Source: Nitrosopumilaceae archaeon (GTDB taxonomy: Archaea; Thermoproteota; Nitrososphaeria; Nitrososphaerales; Nitrosopumilaceae). From it: a stretch of DNA of 64,000 nt. The stretch's first letter is position 1, and every line of letters starts with the position of its first letter. The stretch spans positions 2,016,001 to 2,080,000 of the forward strand of contig CBDCCK010000002.1 of NCBI GenBank assembly GCA_965214835.1, given 5' to 3'. The notes beneath the pieces were generated by a model. It was not told the origin of the DNA and made no database searches. It was given only the letters and a program-made list of their open reading frames with translations. Made by a program: the position numbers and the translations under genes. Below, in pieces: positions 29,455-38,528 of the stretch.

Positions 29455-29627
29455 TTAGGCGACAGCCCCGCTGTTGCCACAAAAATCCAAGCACCTCCTC
29501 TGACATCAAAATTGCGCCCAACCCTCGCAATCGTGTTATCACACGCATTCACATTTTATATGCAATACCACGCACAAGCAATCAATGGTATGTTTTCCTA
29601 TGCCTGCACAATTATTCCAGCTACGTG

Positions 29628-30683
29628 ATGGCGATGAGTGAGACGGTCAGCTTTGATACCTTTACAGATAAGGAGTTTGAGCAGGGATTCCTGAACATAA
29701 TAAGCCATGGCTCAAAAGACAACACATACAAGTTTGCCTTGGCGCGATTCCTGCTTGATTACAGCAGAGACAAAACCGGTACCCATGTGGATTTTGCCGA
29801 TATTGCAAAATACTTTCTAGAGTATTACTGGAATCAGATATGTAAGATGAAGATGAAACATGCCCCTCAGGCAACAAAAAAACCACAGATTGTAAAGATC
29901 ATAGAAAAAGAGTTTCCAAAAAAATACTATCCCGATACATTTAGAGAGACATGTAGGAAAGAGGAATATGAGGAAAACATCCAAAAGTGCATAGAACGCA
30001 TTGAAAAATTGTGCTTTCACAACGTTACTTGGAGGTTCCAGAGAATCAAGGTCGGCAGGGCAACAGAGGTCAGGATGTTCTTTGACTATAGGATCGCCAG
30101 GAAGACGCACAACAACAAACGGTACGTTGATCTTGACTATGGCATAAACCTGAACCCCGACGCCATCGAATTCTTCAAGCGGCATAACGCGGTTCTTCTC
30201 AAGGCGGTAATTCTTGAATGGGCAAAGTTCCTAGAAAAACTCAACGTTGGTCTCCCAAAGTTAATCGTAAAAACCGAAGGAAAAAACATGAAAAGGGGCA
30301 GCCTGACAAGATTTCGAAGGATACTCAATCCGTTCTTCACTGAATGCTTTTATTGTGGAAAGCAGCTGTCAGATGGAAGGAAGACGCATGTGGAACATGT
30401 CATTCCGTTTGACTATATTGCAGAAGACGATATCTGGAATCTCACCCTAGTCTGCCAGCGATGCAACCTGCAAAAGCTTGGGGCGCTACCGCCCAAAAAA
30501 TACATAGACGATCTGGTTAGGCGAAACCAGGATCACAGGGAGCGGATACCGCAGTTGAAAAAATCCCTTACCCGGCTTGACCAAGACTTTGAGAGGGTAG
30601 TCAAAAACCATTATGAGAATGCAAAGTCACACGGATACATGATCCTGAAGAGCCTGCCTTTGGAAAGAATCTCCAATACGTAG
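29628..30683 (+). CDS. HNH endonuclease (restriction-like)
   Basis: NTYKFAL N-terminal motif; CFYCG..HVEHVIPF..WNLTLVCQRCNLQK. Confidence 0.88.
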   Translation: MAMSETVSFDTFTDKEFEQGFLNIISHGSKDNTYKFALARFLLDYSRDKTGTHVDFADIAKYFLEYYWNQICKMKMKHAPQATKKPQIVKIIEKEFPKKYYPDTFRETCRKEEYEENIQKCIERIEKLCFHNVTWRFQRIKVGRATEVRMFFDYRIARKTHNNKRYVDLDYGINLNPDAIEFFKRHNAVLLKAVILEWAKFLEKLNVGLPKLIVKTEGKNMKRGSLTRFRRILNPFFTECFYCGKQLSDGRKTHVEHVIPFDYIAEDDIWNLTLVCQRCNLQKLGALPPKKYIDDLVRRNQDHRERIPQLKKSLTRLDQDFERVVKNHYENAKSHGYMILKSLPLERISNT

Positions 30684-31119
30684 TTTGACGGATCTAATAA
30701 CTACAGGGAACTGAAGAGCCTGCCCTGTTTCATGACTGATTCCGGGTCGCTTGGCTCATCTTTGATGTATATCCACTTGCTTTCCAGACGTACAAGTTGG
30801 CCACATGCAAATTCGTGCATAGTTGATATGGGCAGGAGGTGGCCACACACGTAAAAAGCTCAGACTCAAAACACGCTGATCATCCTGGTGATTTTTTGCC
30901 AAACTTCAGACTTCAGGCAGGACTGTGCGACAAGACAGAATGCCTGAAGGATGGCCGGTCAGGCCGCCCTGGTTTTCGGCCACGCCCAAAGCCTCGCAGC
31001 AGAAATTGGCTCCTTCATACGCGCCCACCAGCTGATCAAAAAGCAATATGCATCATGCGGGGCAAGGGCAGGGCAAGCGCAGTAAAAACGGGCGGGCAGC
31101 CTGTATGGATGCCAGTCAG

Positions 31120-31218
31120 TCAGTCCGAGATCATGCGGTACGCGCACGCTGCCAGATCCCTGTCAGTATGCCTGTCCAGGTCATCCCTGCAGACAGGACA
31201 CCTTTTGTTGCCGTTCAT
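31120..31218 (-). CDS. 32-aa putative zinc-binding microprotein
   Basis: MNGNKRCPVCRDDLDRHTDRDLAACAYRMISD directly after the integrase. Confidence 0.4.
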   Translation of the reverse strand: MNGNKRCPVCRDDLDRHTDRDLAACAYRMISD

Positions 31219-31249
31219 GCACACAAGACGCGGGCACCATAAAAGGGCC

Positions 31250-32521
31250 CTATTTGGCGTCTGGCCCTATCCTTTTTGCAAGCTGCTCCACCATGAGGCG
31301 CAGGTCGGCAATCTCTGCGCCCTTTTCGTCCTCCAGGCTCGCTATCCTCCGGGCCTGCGCGTCGTTTTCCATGCGCAGCCTTGCCGCGTCATCAAGGGTG
31401 AGGGCCGGCACCACCTGCAGGTACTCCTCTGCCAGCTCCAGCGTGTGGGTCTTGAAGTAGTTGCGGTCAAGCTTTACCAGCCCGGAGTGGCCCATCATGT
31501 ACTCCTTTTTGATCAGGCTGGACAGCGGGGACTCCCGGGAGGAGGCCTCCTTGCACGTCTTGTTCCAGAACCGCCTGAAGCCGTTGGTCATCGGGACGTC
31601 GTGCCTGCGCGTCTTGCCGCTGCCGCCTGAGCCGGATCTGTCGCGGAGTCCCGACCTTGTCAGCACGCCGAGTATGTGCTTTTTTATCATGACCATCGAC
31701 AGCCTTCGCGGAAGGCAGCCGGATCCGACAAACAGGGGATCGCCGGGGAGCGGCCTACGTCCAATCCTGTCGGCGCACTCCGCACGATAGTCGTCAAGCG
31801 CCGCATACGCCTCCGGCGTGATGAAGGCCGGATAGCTCTCGCCGGATCCGCGGTATATCTGCAGCTTTGCGCAGACCGGACGCTTGGCGCCGTCCCGCTC
31901 CCCGCCGTCTGCTGCATCCCCCATCTCAAGTGTACCGTCCGGCATCCTGTACACGGGGACGAGATCCCTCCACTCGAGCCCCTCGAACCCGCCGACCCTG
32001 ATCCCGGAGCTTGCGGCCACCAGTATGATTGCACGCTCCAGCGGCCCCCGGCAGAACCTGAGCATCCTCTGTACCTCCGCGCGCGTCCATCCGCGGGAGG
32101 ACGGCGACGGGCCGGTCTCTTCGGGAAACGTGGCGTATATGCGCTTCCAAGGGATCGCGACGTCGTTCATATCCAGCAGCTTCTTGACCGGCTTGAAATA
32201 CCCGCCAAACGAGACGGGATTGAGGTATTCTGGATTGTCGGGGGCAAGCCTGGTCCGCTCGAGCAGCTTGCGCGAGAGGCTCAGCAGCAGGTCGCGCACC
32301 CATGCCGGATCCTCCCGGCCGTACTGCACCAGCTGTTTCACGCGGCCCTCGAGGTCGCCCTCCAGTATGTCCTCTAGCATGCCGCAGAGCACCTGGCGCA
32401 GCGTGCGGGTGTATTTCTCGCGCGTCTCCTCTGCCTTGATACCCTGGTTGAACAGGGCAAGCGGGGCCGCCTGGCTCACCCTCTCAAAGTCATCCATCGT
32501 AAGCTTCATTCTGATTTCCAT
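31250..32521 (-). CDS. Tyrosine recombinase / integrase
   Basis: SSGIRVG (R), NGFRRF, MMGH, LDRNYF (Y); begins ~30 bp from the tRNA 3' end. Confidence 0.9.
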   Translation of the reverse strand: MEIRMKLTMDDFERVSQAAPLALFNQGIKAEETREKYTRTLRQVLCGMLEDILEGDLEGRVKQLVQYGREDPAWVRDLLLSLSRKLLERTRLAPDNPEYLNPVSFGGYFKPVKKLLDMNDVAIPWKRIYATFPEETGPSPSSRGWTRAEVQRMLRFCRGPLERAIILVAASSGIRVGGFEGLEWRDLVPVYRMPDGTLEMGDAADGGERDGAKRPVCAKLQIYRGSGESYPAFITPEAYAALDDYRAECADRIGRRPLPGDPLFVGSGCLPRRLSMVMIKKHILGVLTRSGLRDRSGSGGSGKTRRHDVPMTNGFRRFWNKTCKEASSRESPLSSLIKKEYMMGHSGLVKLDRNYFKTHTLELAEEYLQVVPALTLDDAARLRMENDAQARRIASLEDEKGAEIADLRLMVEQLAKRIGPDAK

Positions 32522-32551
32522 TTCCTGGAACGCATAAAAGGTACAATATTG

Positions 32552-32647
32552 TGGTGGACCGGATGGGATTTGAACCCACGACCCTTGCGGAGAGGCGATC
32601 TCTTACGCAGTGTGAATGCGTCATCCTAGCCACTAGACGACCGGTCC
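32552..32647 (-). tRNA. trnV: tRNA-Val(CAC) with a 20-nt non-canonical BHB intron (32584-32603) and encoded CCA
   Basis: GGACCGG acceptor stem, ACGCA-TTCACAC-TGCGT anticodon arm, GTGGGTTCAAATCCCAT T arm; intron removal restores variable loop AGGTC. Confidence 0.95.
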
Positions 32648-32692
32648 AAGTAAGACACGAGTCTGGGAGCTTTTTTTGTCTTTGGGTTAGGC

Positions 32693-32795
32693 CATCTAAG
32701 TACAGATGGGATTGTTGTTTTTGTCTTGCTGTTGGGGCATCATGCCACCTGTCCAGTTTCTGTTTTTGCTCGATTTTCGGTACATTTCATAGTTG
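32693..32795. mobile_element. MITE family A, copy 4 (inverted, degenerate)
   Basis: Reverse complement aligns along its length with 27039-27149. Confidence 0.65.
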
Positions 32796-33054
32796 AAAAC
32801 ATGCTAATTGTTCCTCATGGCTGCCGTCTCATGGGGCCCTGGCACCTTCATGCCTGGCCAGCAAGGGGGCGCAAACTCGCACTCGGGAAACTTTACTCGT
32901 CAATATACCGCAGGATGTGGCCCACATGGATGTTTGCACTGCCTTTGCGTGGTTGGCCAAAAACGCCCCGTCCTGCCATCTGAGACTGGCCGCATTCGGG
33001 AACAAACGTACAGCCTGCGGGAAAAAACCGGACGATCCCTGCCGGACAGGATGC

Positions 33055-33222
33055 CTATTTCTTTGCACCAAGCGTCCTGTTCTTTAGCCTGAGATGCGGG
33101 TTCTTGCACTTGCGACACCGCGTGGCATTGATGTCGTTTCTTGCCCCGCAGTTAAAGCAGATCTTCATGTACAGCCTGGCCTGCTGGGCGATTCTCTTCT
33201 TCTCGGGATCCGTGATTGGCAT
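33055..33222 (-). CDS. rpl40e: 50S ribosomal protein L40e
   Basis: MPITDPEK...KICFNCGARNDINATRCRKCKNPHLRLKN, 55 aa (below the ORF-track cutoff). Confidence 0.93.
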   Translation of the reverse strand: MPITDPEKKRIAQQARLYMKICFNCGARNDINATRCRKCKNPHLRLKNRTLGAKK

Positions 33223-33246
33223 GTGTACTCCCACAAAGACTCTCTT

Positions 33247-34155
33247 TTATTCCTTCATCTTGCCTGCAAGCAAGACCGGCACCTCTACAGGCCTCTTTGC
33301 TACCGGAATGTTTGCCTTGTTAAACATCGCTATCTTGGATTCTGCAGAGCCGTATGTACCCATTATGATTGCGCCTGCATGCCCCATCCTCTTCTCCTTG
33401 GGGGCCGCCCTGCCTGCGATGTATGCCACTGCCGGTTTGTCAAACCCACTGTCTATAATCCTCTGGGCTAGGATCTCCTCCGAGTCGCCTCCGATTTCTC
33501 CGACGACGACTAGCCCGTCAAGATCCGAGACGTTCCTTACCATCTCAAAGGCGTCTACGAGCCTCGTGCCGTTTACCGGATCCCCCCCGATTCCGATCGT
33601 GATTGCCTGCCCAAAGCCCGCACTGGTCAGCGCGTCTGAGATCTCGTAAAGCAGGGTTCCGCTCTTTGAGAGCACCGCAATCCTTCCAGCCTTGAACGGG
33701 GTCGGAGGCATGATTCCGACCTTGATTGTCTCCGGAATCATGATTCCCGGCGTGTTGGGGCCGATGACTATTGCATCGTTTTTCCCTGCCATGTCCAGGA
33801 CGCGCATCGTGTCCCTCACCGGCACGTGCTCCGGGATTGCCACTAGCAGCTTGATGCCTGCCTCTAGCGCCTCGGTTGCCGCGCCCAGGAAGAACCTTGC
33901 CGGAACAAAGACGATTGAAATCTTGGCGCCCGTCGCCTCCGCTGCCTCCCTGACCGTGTTGTATATTGGAACCCCCTCAAACTTCTGGCCGCCCTTTCCG
34001 GGCGTCACGCCTGCTGCGATATTGGTCCCGTATGCAATCATGTTTTTCCCATGTACAGAGCCGTACGCCCCGGTCAGTCCCTGGACGATTACCGGTTTTT
34101 TCTTATAGTCCGGCTCGCCCGGACTTCCCCTGAGCAGCTCAAAGACGTCTGTCAT
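33247..34155 (-). CDS. sucD: Succinyl-CoA synthetase alpha subunit
   Basis: GVTPGKGG, IGPNTPG, SKSGTL, GIGGD, GEIGG, RMGHAGA. Confidence 0.96.
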   Translation of the reverse strand: MTDVFELLRGSPGEPDYKKKPVIVQGLTGAYGSVHGKNMIAYGTNIAAGVTPGKGGQKFEGVPIYNTVREAAEATGAKISIVFVPARFFLGAATEALEAGIKLLVAIPEHVPVRDTMRVLDMAGKNDAIVIGPNTPGIMIPETIKVGIMPPTPFKAGRIAVLSKSGTLLYEISDALTSAGFGQAITIGIGGDPVNGTRLVDAFEMVRNVSDLDGLVVVGEIGGDSEEILAQRIIDSGFDKPAVAYIAGRAAPKEKRMGHAGAIIMGTYGSAESKIAMFNKANIPVAKRPVEVPVLLAGKMKE

Positions 34156-34156
34156 C

Positions 34157-35260
34157 CTAGTTTATCCCCATCACTGCTGCGTTGATTGCCTCCTCGACGG
34201 AGTCAAACATCACAGTCTTTGAGTCCCTGAGCATTTCCTGTGCCCTGTCTGACTCTGCCCCCTTTAGCCTCGAGTAGACCGGCAGGTCAATCAGGCCGTC
34301 ATCATATGCCTTGATGAATGCCGATGCGACCGTCGTCGTCTTTACAATCCCGCCGTAAAGGTTTACCAGGATCGCCTTGACCCTGTCCATCCTGCTGATT
34401 AGTGTGAGTGCCTCGTAAACCGATTCGGTGGTCGCCCCGCCGCCCACATCCAAAAAACATGCCGGCCTTCCTCCGTTGTCTGAGAGCATGTCCAGCGTTG
34501 ACATGACCAGCCCGGCTCCGTTTCCCACTACTGCAATGTTTCCATCCAGCTCCACCAGGCTGAATCCTGATTTTTCTGCGCGCTCCTCGATTTCTGTCTT
34601 TTCCTGGTACTTTTGCAGCTCGTCATGTCTAAAGTTTGCATTGTCATCCGTTACGACCTTGCCGTCCAGGGCCAGCAGCGAGTCGTCCCCTGTCACTGCC
34701 AGCGGGTTGATCTCTGCAAGCTCTGCCTCCTTCTCCGTTGTCAGTCTTGACAACTTTTGCAAAATGTCTGCCAGATCGTCTGCTGATTTCCCGTCCAGTC
34801 CAATCTCTGCTGCAACCTGCCTTGCTGTGGCCTCGTCGACATCGCCCAGGCCGACCTCCTTTATTACCTGGCTTTTGACCGACTCTATCTCGACGCCGCC
34901 ATCTGATGATGCGATGACCGTGTAGCATCTCTTGCTTCTGTTCAAAAACAGCGACAGGTACAGCTCCTTTTTGACGTCTGCCATCTTCTCCAGCAATACC
35001 GCACGCGCCCTCTCCCCCCTGATCTCCATGCCCAGAACCTGAGGATACCTGATATCGAACTCGTCGATGTTGTGGCATTTCTGGATCCCCCCAGCCTTTC
35101 CACGCCCTCCGACTGGAACCTGGATTTTGATTACAAACGGGAATCCCAGCTCCCTGGCGTCCCTTCTGCCCTGCTCGATGTCCTTTGAGGCCCTGCTTGG
35201 GGGCGTCGGGATGCCGTATTGCCCGAACAACTCCTTTGCCTGAAATTCTAATAGGCGCAT
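34157..35260 (-). CDS. sucC: Succinyl-CoA synthetase beta subunit
   Basis: LLEFQAKELF, GGRGKAGG, EINPL, NGAGLVMST, FLDVGGG. Confidence 0.96.
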   Translation of the reverse strand: MRLLEFQAKELFGQYGIPTPPSRASKDIEQGRRDARELGFPFVIKIQVPVGGRGKAGGIQKCHNIDEFDIRYPQVLGMEIRGERARAVLLEKMADVKKELYLSLFLNRSKRCYTVIASSDGGVEIESVKSQVIKEVGLGDVDEATARQVAAEIGLDGKSADDLADILQKLSRLTTEKEAELAEINPLAVTGDDSLLALDGKVVTDDNANFRHDELQKYQEKTEIEERAEKSGFSLVELDGNIAVVGNGAGLVMSTLDMLSDNGGRPACFLDVGGGATTESVYEALTLISRMDRVKAILVNLYGGIVKTTTVASAFIKAYDDGLIDLPVYSRLKGAESDRAQEMLRDSKTVMFDSVEEAINAAVMGIN

Positions 35261-35306
35261 GTGTAAGAAAACATGCCTGCCTTGGTCTTTATTAACTGTA
35301 GGGTGG

Positions 35307-35636
35307 TCACTGGACCTCCTTTTCCAGCAGATCGATTATCTCCATGAATCGATCCCTGCTTTTTCTGAGGATGATCTTGGGATAGTCGTCGATCGTATAC
35401 ACGTGCTGCTGGCGAAACGCGGGGATTATCATGCCTCCCGATGCCACAAGCTGCTCTACTATGTAGTTCCTGGTAAGCGAGCATACGATCTCCTCATAGC
35501 TGCCTTCCTCCTCATCGAAGGTCTGGCGGTACAGCACGATTGGCTTGTTTGTCTGCTCGACGATCTTTGATCCCTTGCGCAGCAGCCCGGTGAGGTGGTT
35601 TACCTGCCAGGCATCCAGGCTGATCTGCTTTACCAT
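35307..35636 (-). CDS. Conserved hypothetical protein
   Basis: 109 aa ORF co-oriented upstream of sucC with core-like composition. Confidence 0.75.
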   Translation of the reverse strand: MVKQISLDAWQVNHLTGLLRKGSKIVEQTNKPIVLYRQTFDEEEGSYEEIVCSLTRNYIVEQLVASGGMIIPAFRQQHVYTIDDYPKIILRKSRDRFMEIIDLLEKEVQ

Positions 35637-35716
35637 GGAACAATTACGCCGATTTTCTATTTAACTGCCGACTTTTGCCCTTTGCCAGCCAATTTGCGCA
35701 GGCGAATAAAAAATTT

Positions 35717-37351
35717 GTATGAGGTCACCTACCCCTCACAATAGGGTAAACATTACTGACGGTGCTGATCCTTATACTATGATCGCGTAGACTAGGCATT
35801 GTGAAAGGTCAGCTCTCCGCATGCTACGAGATCAAGGCATCTACAGCATCGCCCACGGAGACGATAAAGAATCTAAAAAAGGACCTCAAGGAGCGTGACA
35901 ATATCATTGAGGAGCAGGGCAGGACCATTGAAAGGCTAAACAAGACACTTGAAAAGCGCGACAAGACCATCAGGGAGCAGGACAACCGGCTCCGGTACTA
36001 CGAGAACGAGAACTCGCCCCCGTCGGCAGACTCGCTGGAGTGGAAGAGGCAAAAGGCGCAGAGGAGAAAGGAGAGGGCCCGGCCCGATGCTGCAGCCGGG
36101 GATGACGGCACCGGGGAGGACAGAAAAAAGCCCGGCGGCCAGAAGGGCCACAAGGGCGTATCGCGCACCCACCGGCCCACCAGGGTACAGAAACACTGCT
36201 TTCCGGGTGGACGGGCGCCGGAGTGCAAGTGCGGCACCACCACAGAGATCATGAAAAAGCCGCAGGTGCGCGACATGATAGGATTCAAGATAAAGTACAC
36301 CGAGACGCGCCACGAGACACAGAGGGCAGTGTGCCCGAAATGCGGCACCATGCATACTGCCCCCGACGGCCTGCCCCGACGCGGCAGCTATGACACGAGC
36401 GTGGTCACAGCCGTCACAAAGCTGCGCAGCGAGGGCGTCCCACACAACAGGATCCCGGGTATAATGTCAGATATCCTGGGCGTGCACATGTCAAAGTCAA
36501 CTGCAATCAACAGCATGGGACGCGTCTGCGACGCCGCAAAGGCGCCTGCCGAGGCCATCGCAGAGGAGGTAAGAAGCTCAAAGACGGTCTGCATAGACGA
36601 GACGGGGATCAACCTGGCAGGCAGACTGGGATGGGCGTGGGCCATGCTGTCGGCGGTGGGCGTGTTCATGATATATGCAGACACCAGGAGCGCCCGGATC
36701 CTGGACCAGTACATGGGCGGGTACGGGGGCGTCGTCACATCGGACGGATATCCCGCATACAAGAGGTTCGGGCTGCTGGGAAGGCTCCAGCGGTGCTGGG
36801 CGCACGAGCTGCGGTTCCTCCTGTATGGCTCGCAGAAAAAGGGCGCCCTGCTGTTTGCAGGAGTCCTGTACCGGCAGATGCAGCAGCTGTTCAAGGATGC
36901 CAGGGAGTGTCTTGAGGGCTGGGACAAGCTGTCCGGGGAGGATCTCCGGGAGCTCGAGGAGAGGACGGGGATAAGCAGTGCCGGCGGGCTGATGGGGCGG
37001 CACTCGCCGGAGCTGCGCCGGCGGTTTGAGACCAACATGCAGAACATGCTGTTCGGATACGTTGATGCATGGGGCGGCCCGCTGGAGCCCCTTCTCAAGA
37101 GGATGCACAGGGCCCTGCCGTGCATGTTTGCGTTTCTGGAATACGAGGGTGTCGAGCCGACCAACAATGGTGCAGAGCGGGCGCTGCTCCCCGTCGTACT
37201 TCAATTCAAGATAAGCGGCCAGATCAAGGGAGGCCTGGTCTGGACGGAAAGGCATGGATGGCTCAATACATGCGTGTCGACATGGAAGCTGCAGGGCAAG
37301 TCCATCATGGATGAGGTGGCCAAAATAATCTAGGGGTAGGTGACCACATAC
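35717..37351 (+). mobile_element. IS66-family element (second type)
   Basis: TIR gtatgaggtcacctacccct / aggggtaggtgaccacatac; 8-bp TSD aaaaattt. Confidence 0.95.
35801..37333 (+). CDS. IS66-family transposase
   Basis: KPGGQKGHKG, CPKCG, IDETG, SDGY, QRCWAHELR, PTNNGAERAL. Confidence 0.93.
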   Translation: MKGQLSACYEIKASTASPTETIKNLKKDLKERDNIIEEQGRTIERLNKTLEKRDKTIREQDNRLRYYENENSPPSADSLEWKRQKAQRRKERARPDAAAGDDGTGEDRKKPGGQKGHKGVSRTHRPTRVQKHCFPGGRAPECKCGTTTEIMKKPQVRDMIGFKIKYTETRHETQRAVCPKCGTMHTAPDGLPRRGSYDTSVVTAVTKLRSEGVPHNRIPGIMSDILGVHMSKSTAINSMGRVCDAAKAPAEAIAEEVRSSKTVCIDETGINLAGRLGWAWAMLSAVGVFMIYADTRSARILDQYMGGYGGVVTSDGYPAYKRFGLLGRLQRCWAHELRFLLYGSQKKGALLFAGVLYRQMQQLFKDARECLEGWDKLSGEDLRELEERTGISSAGGLMGRHSPELRRRFETNMQNMLFGYVDAWGGPLEPLLKRMHRALPCMFAFLEYEGVEPTNNGAERALLPVVLQFKISGQIKGGLVWTERHGWLNTCVSTWKLQGKSIMDEVAKII

Positions 37352-37382
37352 AAAAATTTTGGTGGGATACTCCGGCCTGCGA

Positions 37383-37967
37383 CTACATGTCTAGTGCACG
37401 GGAGTGCTTTTTGGTATGCGGCCTTTCTCCTGAGTACCTTCGTCTCATGTGTCCTGACGGCCTGCCGTATAGCAGCTCTAGAAACCATGACTCGTGCTCG
37501 ATCTCCTCTGCCAGGATGTCCTTTGCAATGTCGTACGTTGCGGGATCCTTGCCTAGAGTCATCTTGCAGACCTTGTCCCAGTTTACGATCGCACCCTGCT
37601 CTGCCTTCAGGCACTTTTCCAGGATTGACTTTAGATCCGTCGGATCGGGGGAAAGCTGCAGGAACTCGCATCCCGACATTTTGATAAAGCCGGCCGCGTC
37701 ATTTGGGAGCTCTCCGCCCAGCTGGTGGATCCTCTCGATGCATGATTCGAAGTGGCTGAGGTCTTCTAGCCTTGCATCCTCGATGATTCCCTTGATGCCC
37801 TCGCCCTCCATTCCGGTACAGTGGGTTCTCAGGTTCGTAAAGTAATAGTATGCGGTAAACTCTACTGATGCGTTGTAGACTAGCGTCCTGATGAGCTCGT
37901 CTACGTCAATGCCGTTCTGCTTGAGAACGTTTACCCCGACCACGTTGAATTTTTCCGAGTCAGACAT
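37383..37967 (-). CDS. dpsL: Dps-like (DpsL) ferritin-family protein
   Basis: EFTAYYYFT, EDARLEDLSHFE, KAEQGAI, EEIEHESWF, PSGH. Confidence 0.88.
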   Translation of the reverse strand: MSDSEKFNVVGVNVLKQNGIDVDELIRTLVYNASVEFTAYYYFTNLRTHCTGMEGEGIKGIIEDARLEDLSHFESCIERIHQLGGELPNDAAGFIKMSGCEFLQLSPDPTDLKSILEKCLKAEQGAIVNWDKVCKMTLGKDPATYDIAKDILAEEIEHESWFLELLYGRPSGHMRRRYSGERPHTKKHSRALDM

Positions 37968-38528
37968 GGCTGATATTGCACACGACCTCCTAATAAAATA
38001 GGGGCTGTCGCGCAATTCTGCCTGCCTGACTATATTTTTGTGAGCCTCCGGCCCCCTGCGCGCCCGGCCCGATGGCATCTTGCAGGTTTTGAGGAAATCC
38101 TGGCAAATCAGGAGACGTCCCGTCACCGTACACCTGTCTAGCCGTGCCTGTCCGAGCACGGCTTTTTTTTGCCGTGATCATGATGTCTTGAAGATCCGAT
38201 GATCCGGCGGGACGCTTGAGCCTGCCTCTGGGACTCTGCGCTGCGGGATAATCCCTGGGGGCATTGGTGCTGTCCTTCATGAGGAGTCTTGTCTGGCAGG
38301 CCCGGTCACGCTACTGCGGGAGACACCCGGCCACGCACTGCGCATCAGGACCCGTCGCGCAAACCATCTCTACCGCAGCCATTCTGATCCCGTCGCCGGG
38401 CCTGCCTCCCGTACGGCAAGCCATCTTTTCTTGCCAGATTCGTGAGCCATGTGCACCACGACGGAGGTGCACTGCGGCCTGATGGCTGGCCTGAGGAGCA
38501 TCTGTCTCTTCACTGCTGTCCCTGCCAG

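Noticed and set aside
30839-32537. Long plus-strand ORFs over the integrase (and similar shadow ORFs over IS and core genes)
   Set aside because: Antisense shadows of GC-rich real genes with no motifs
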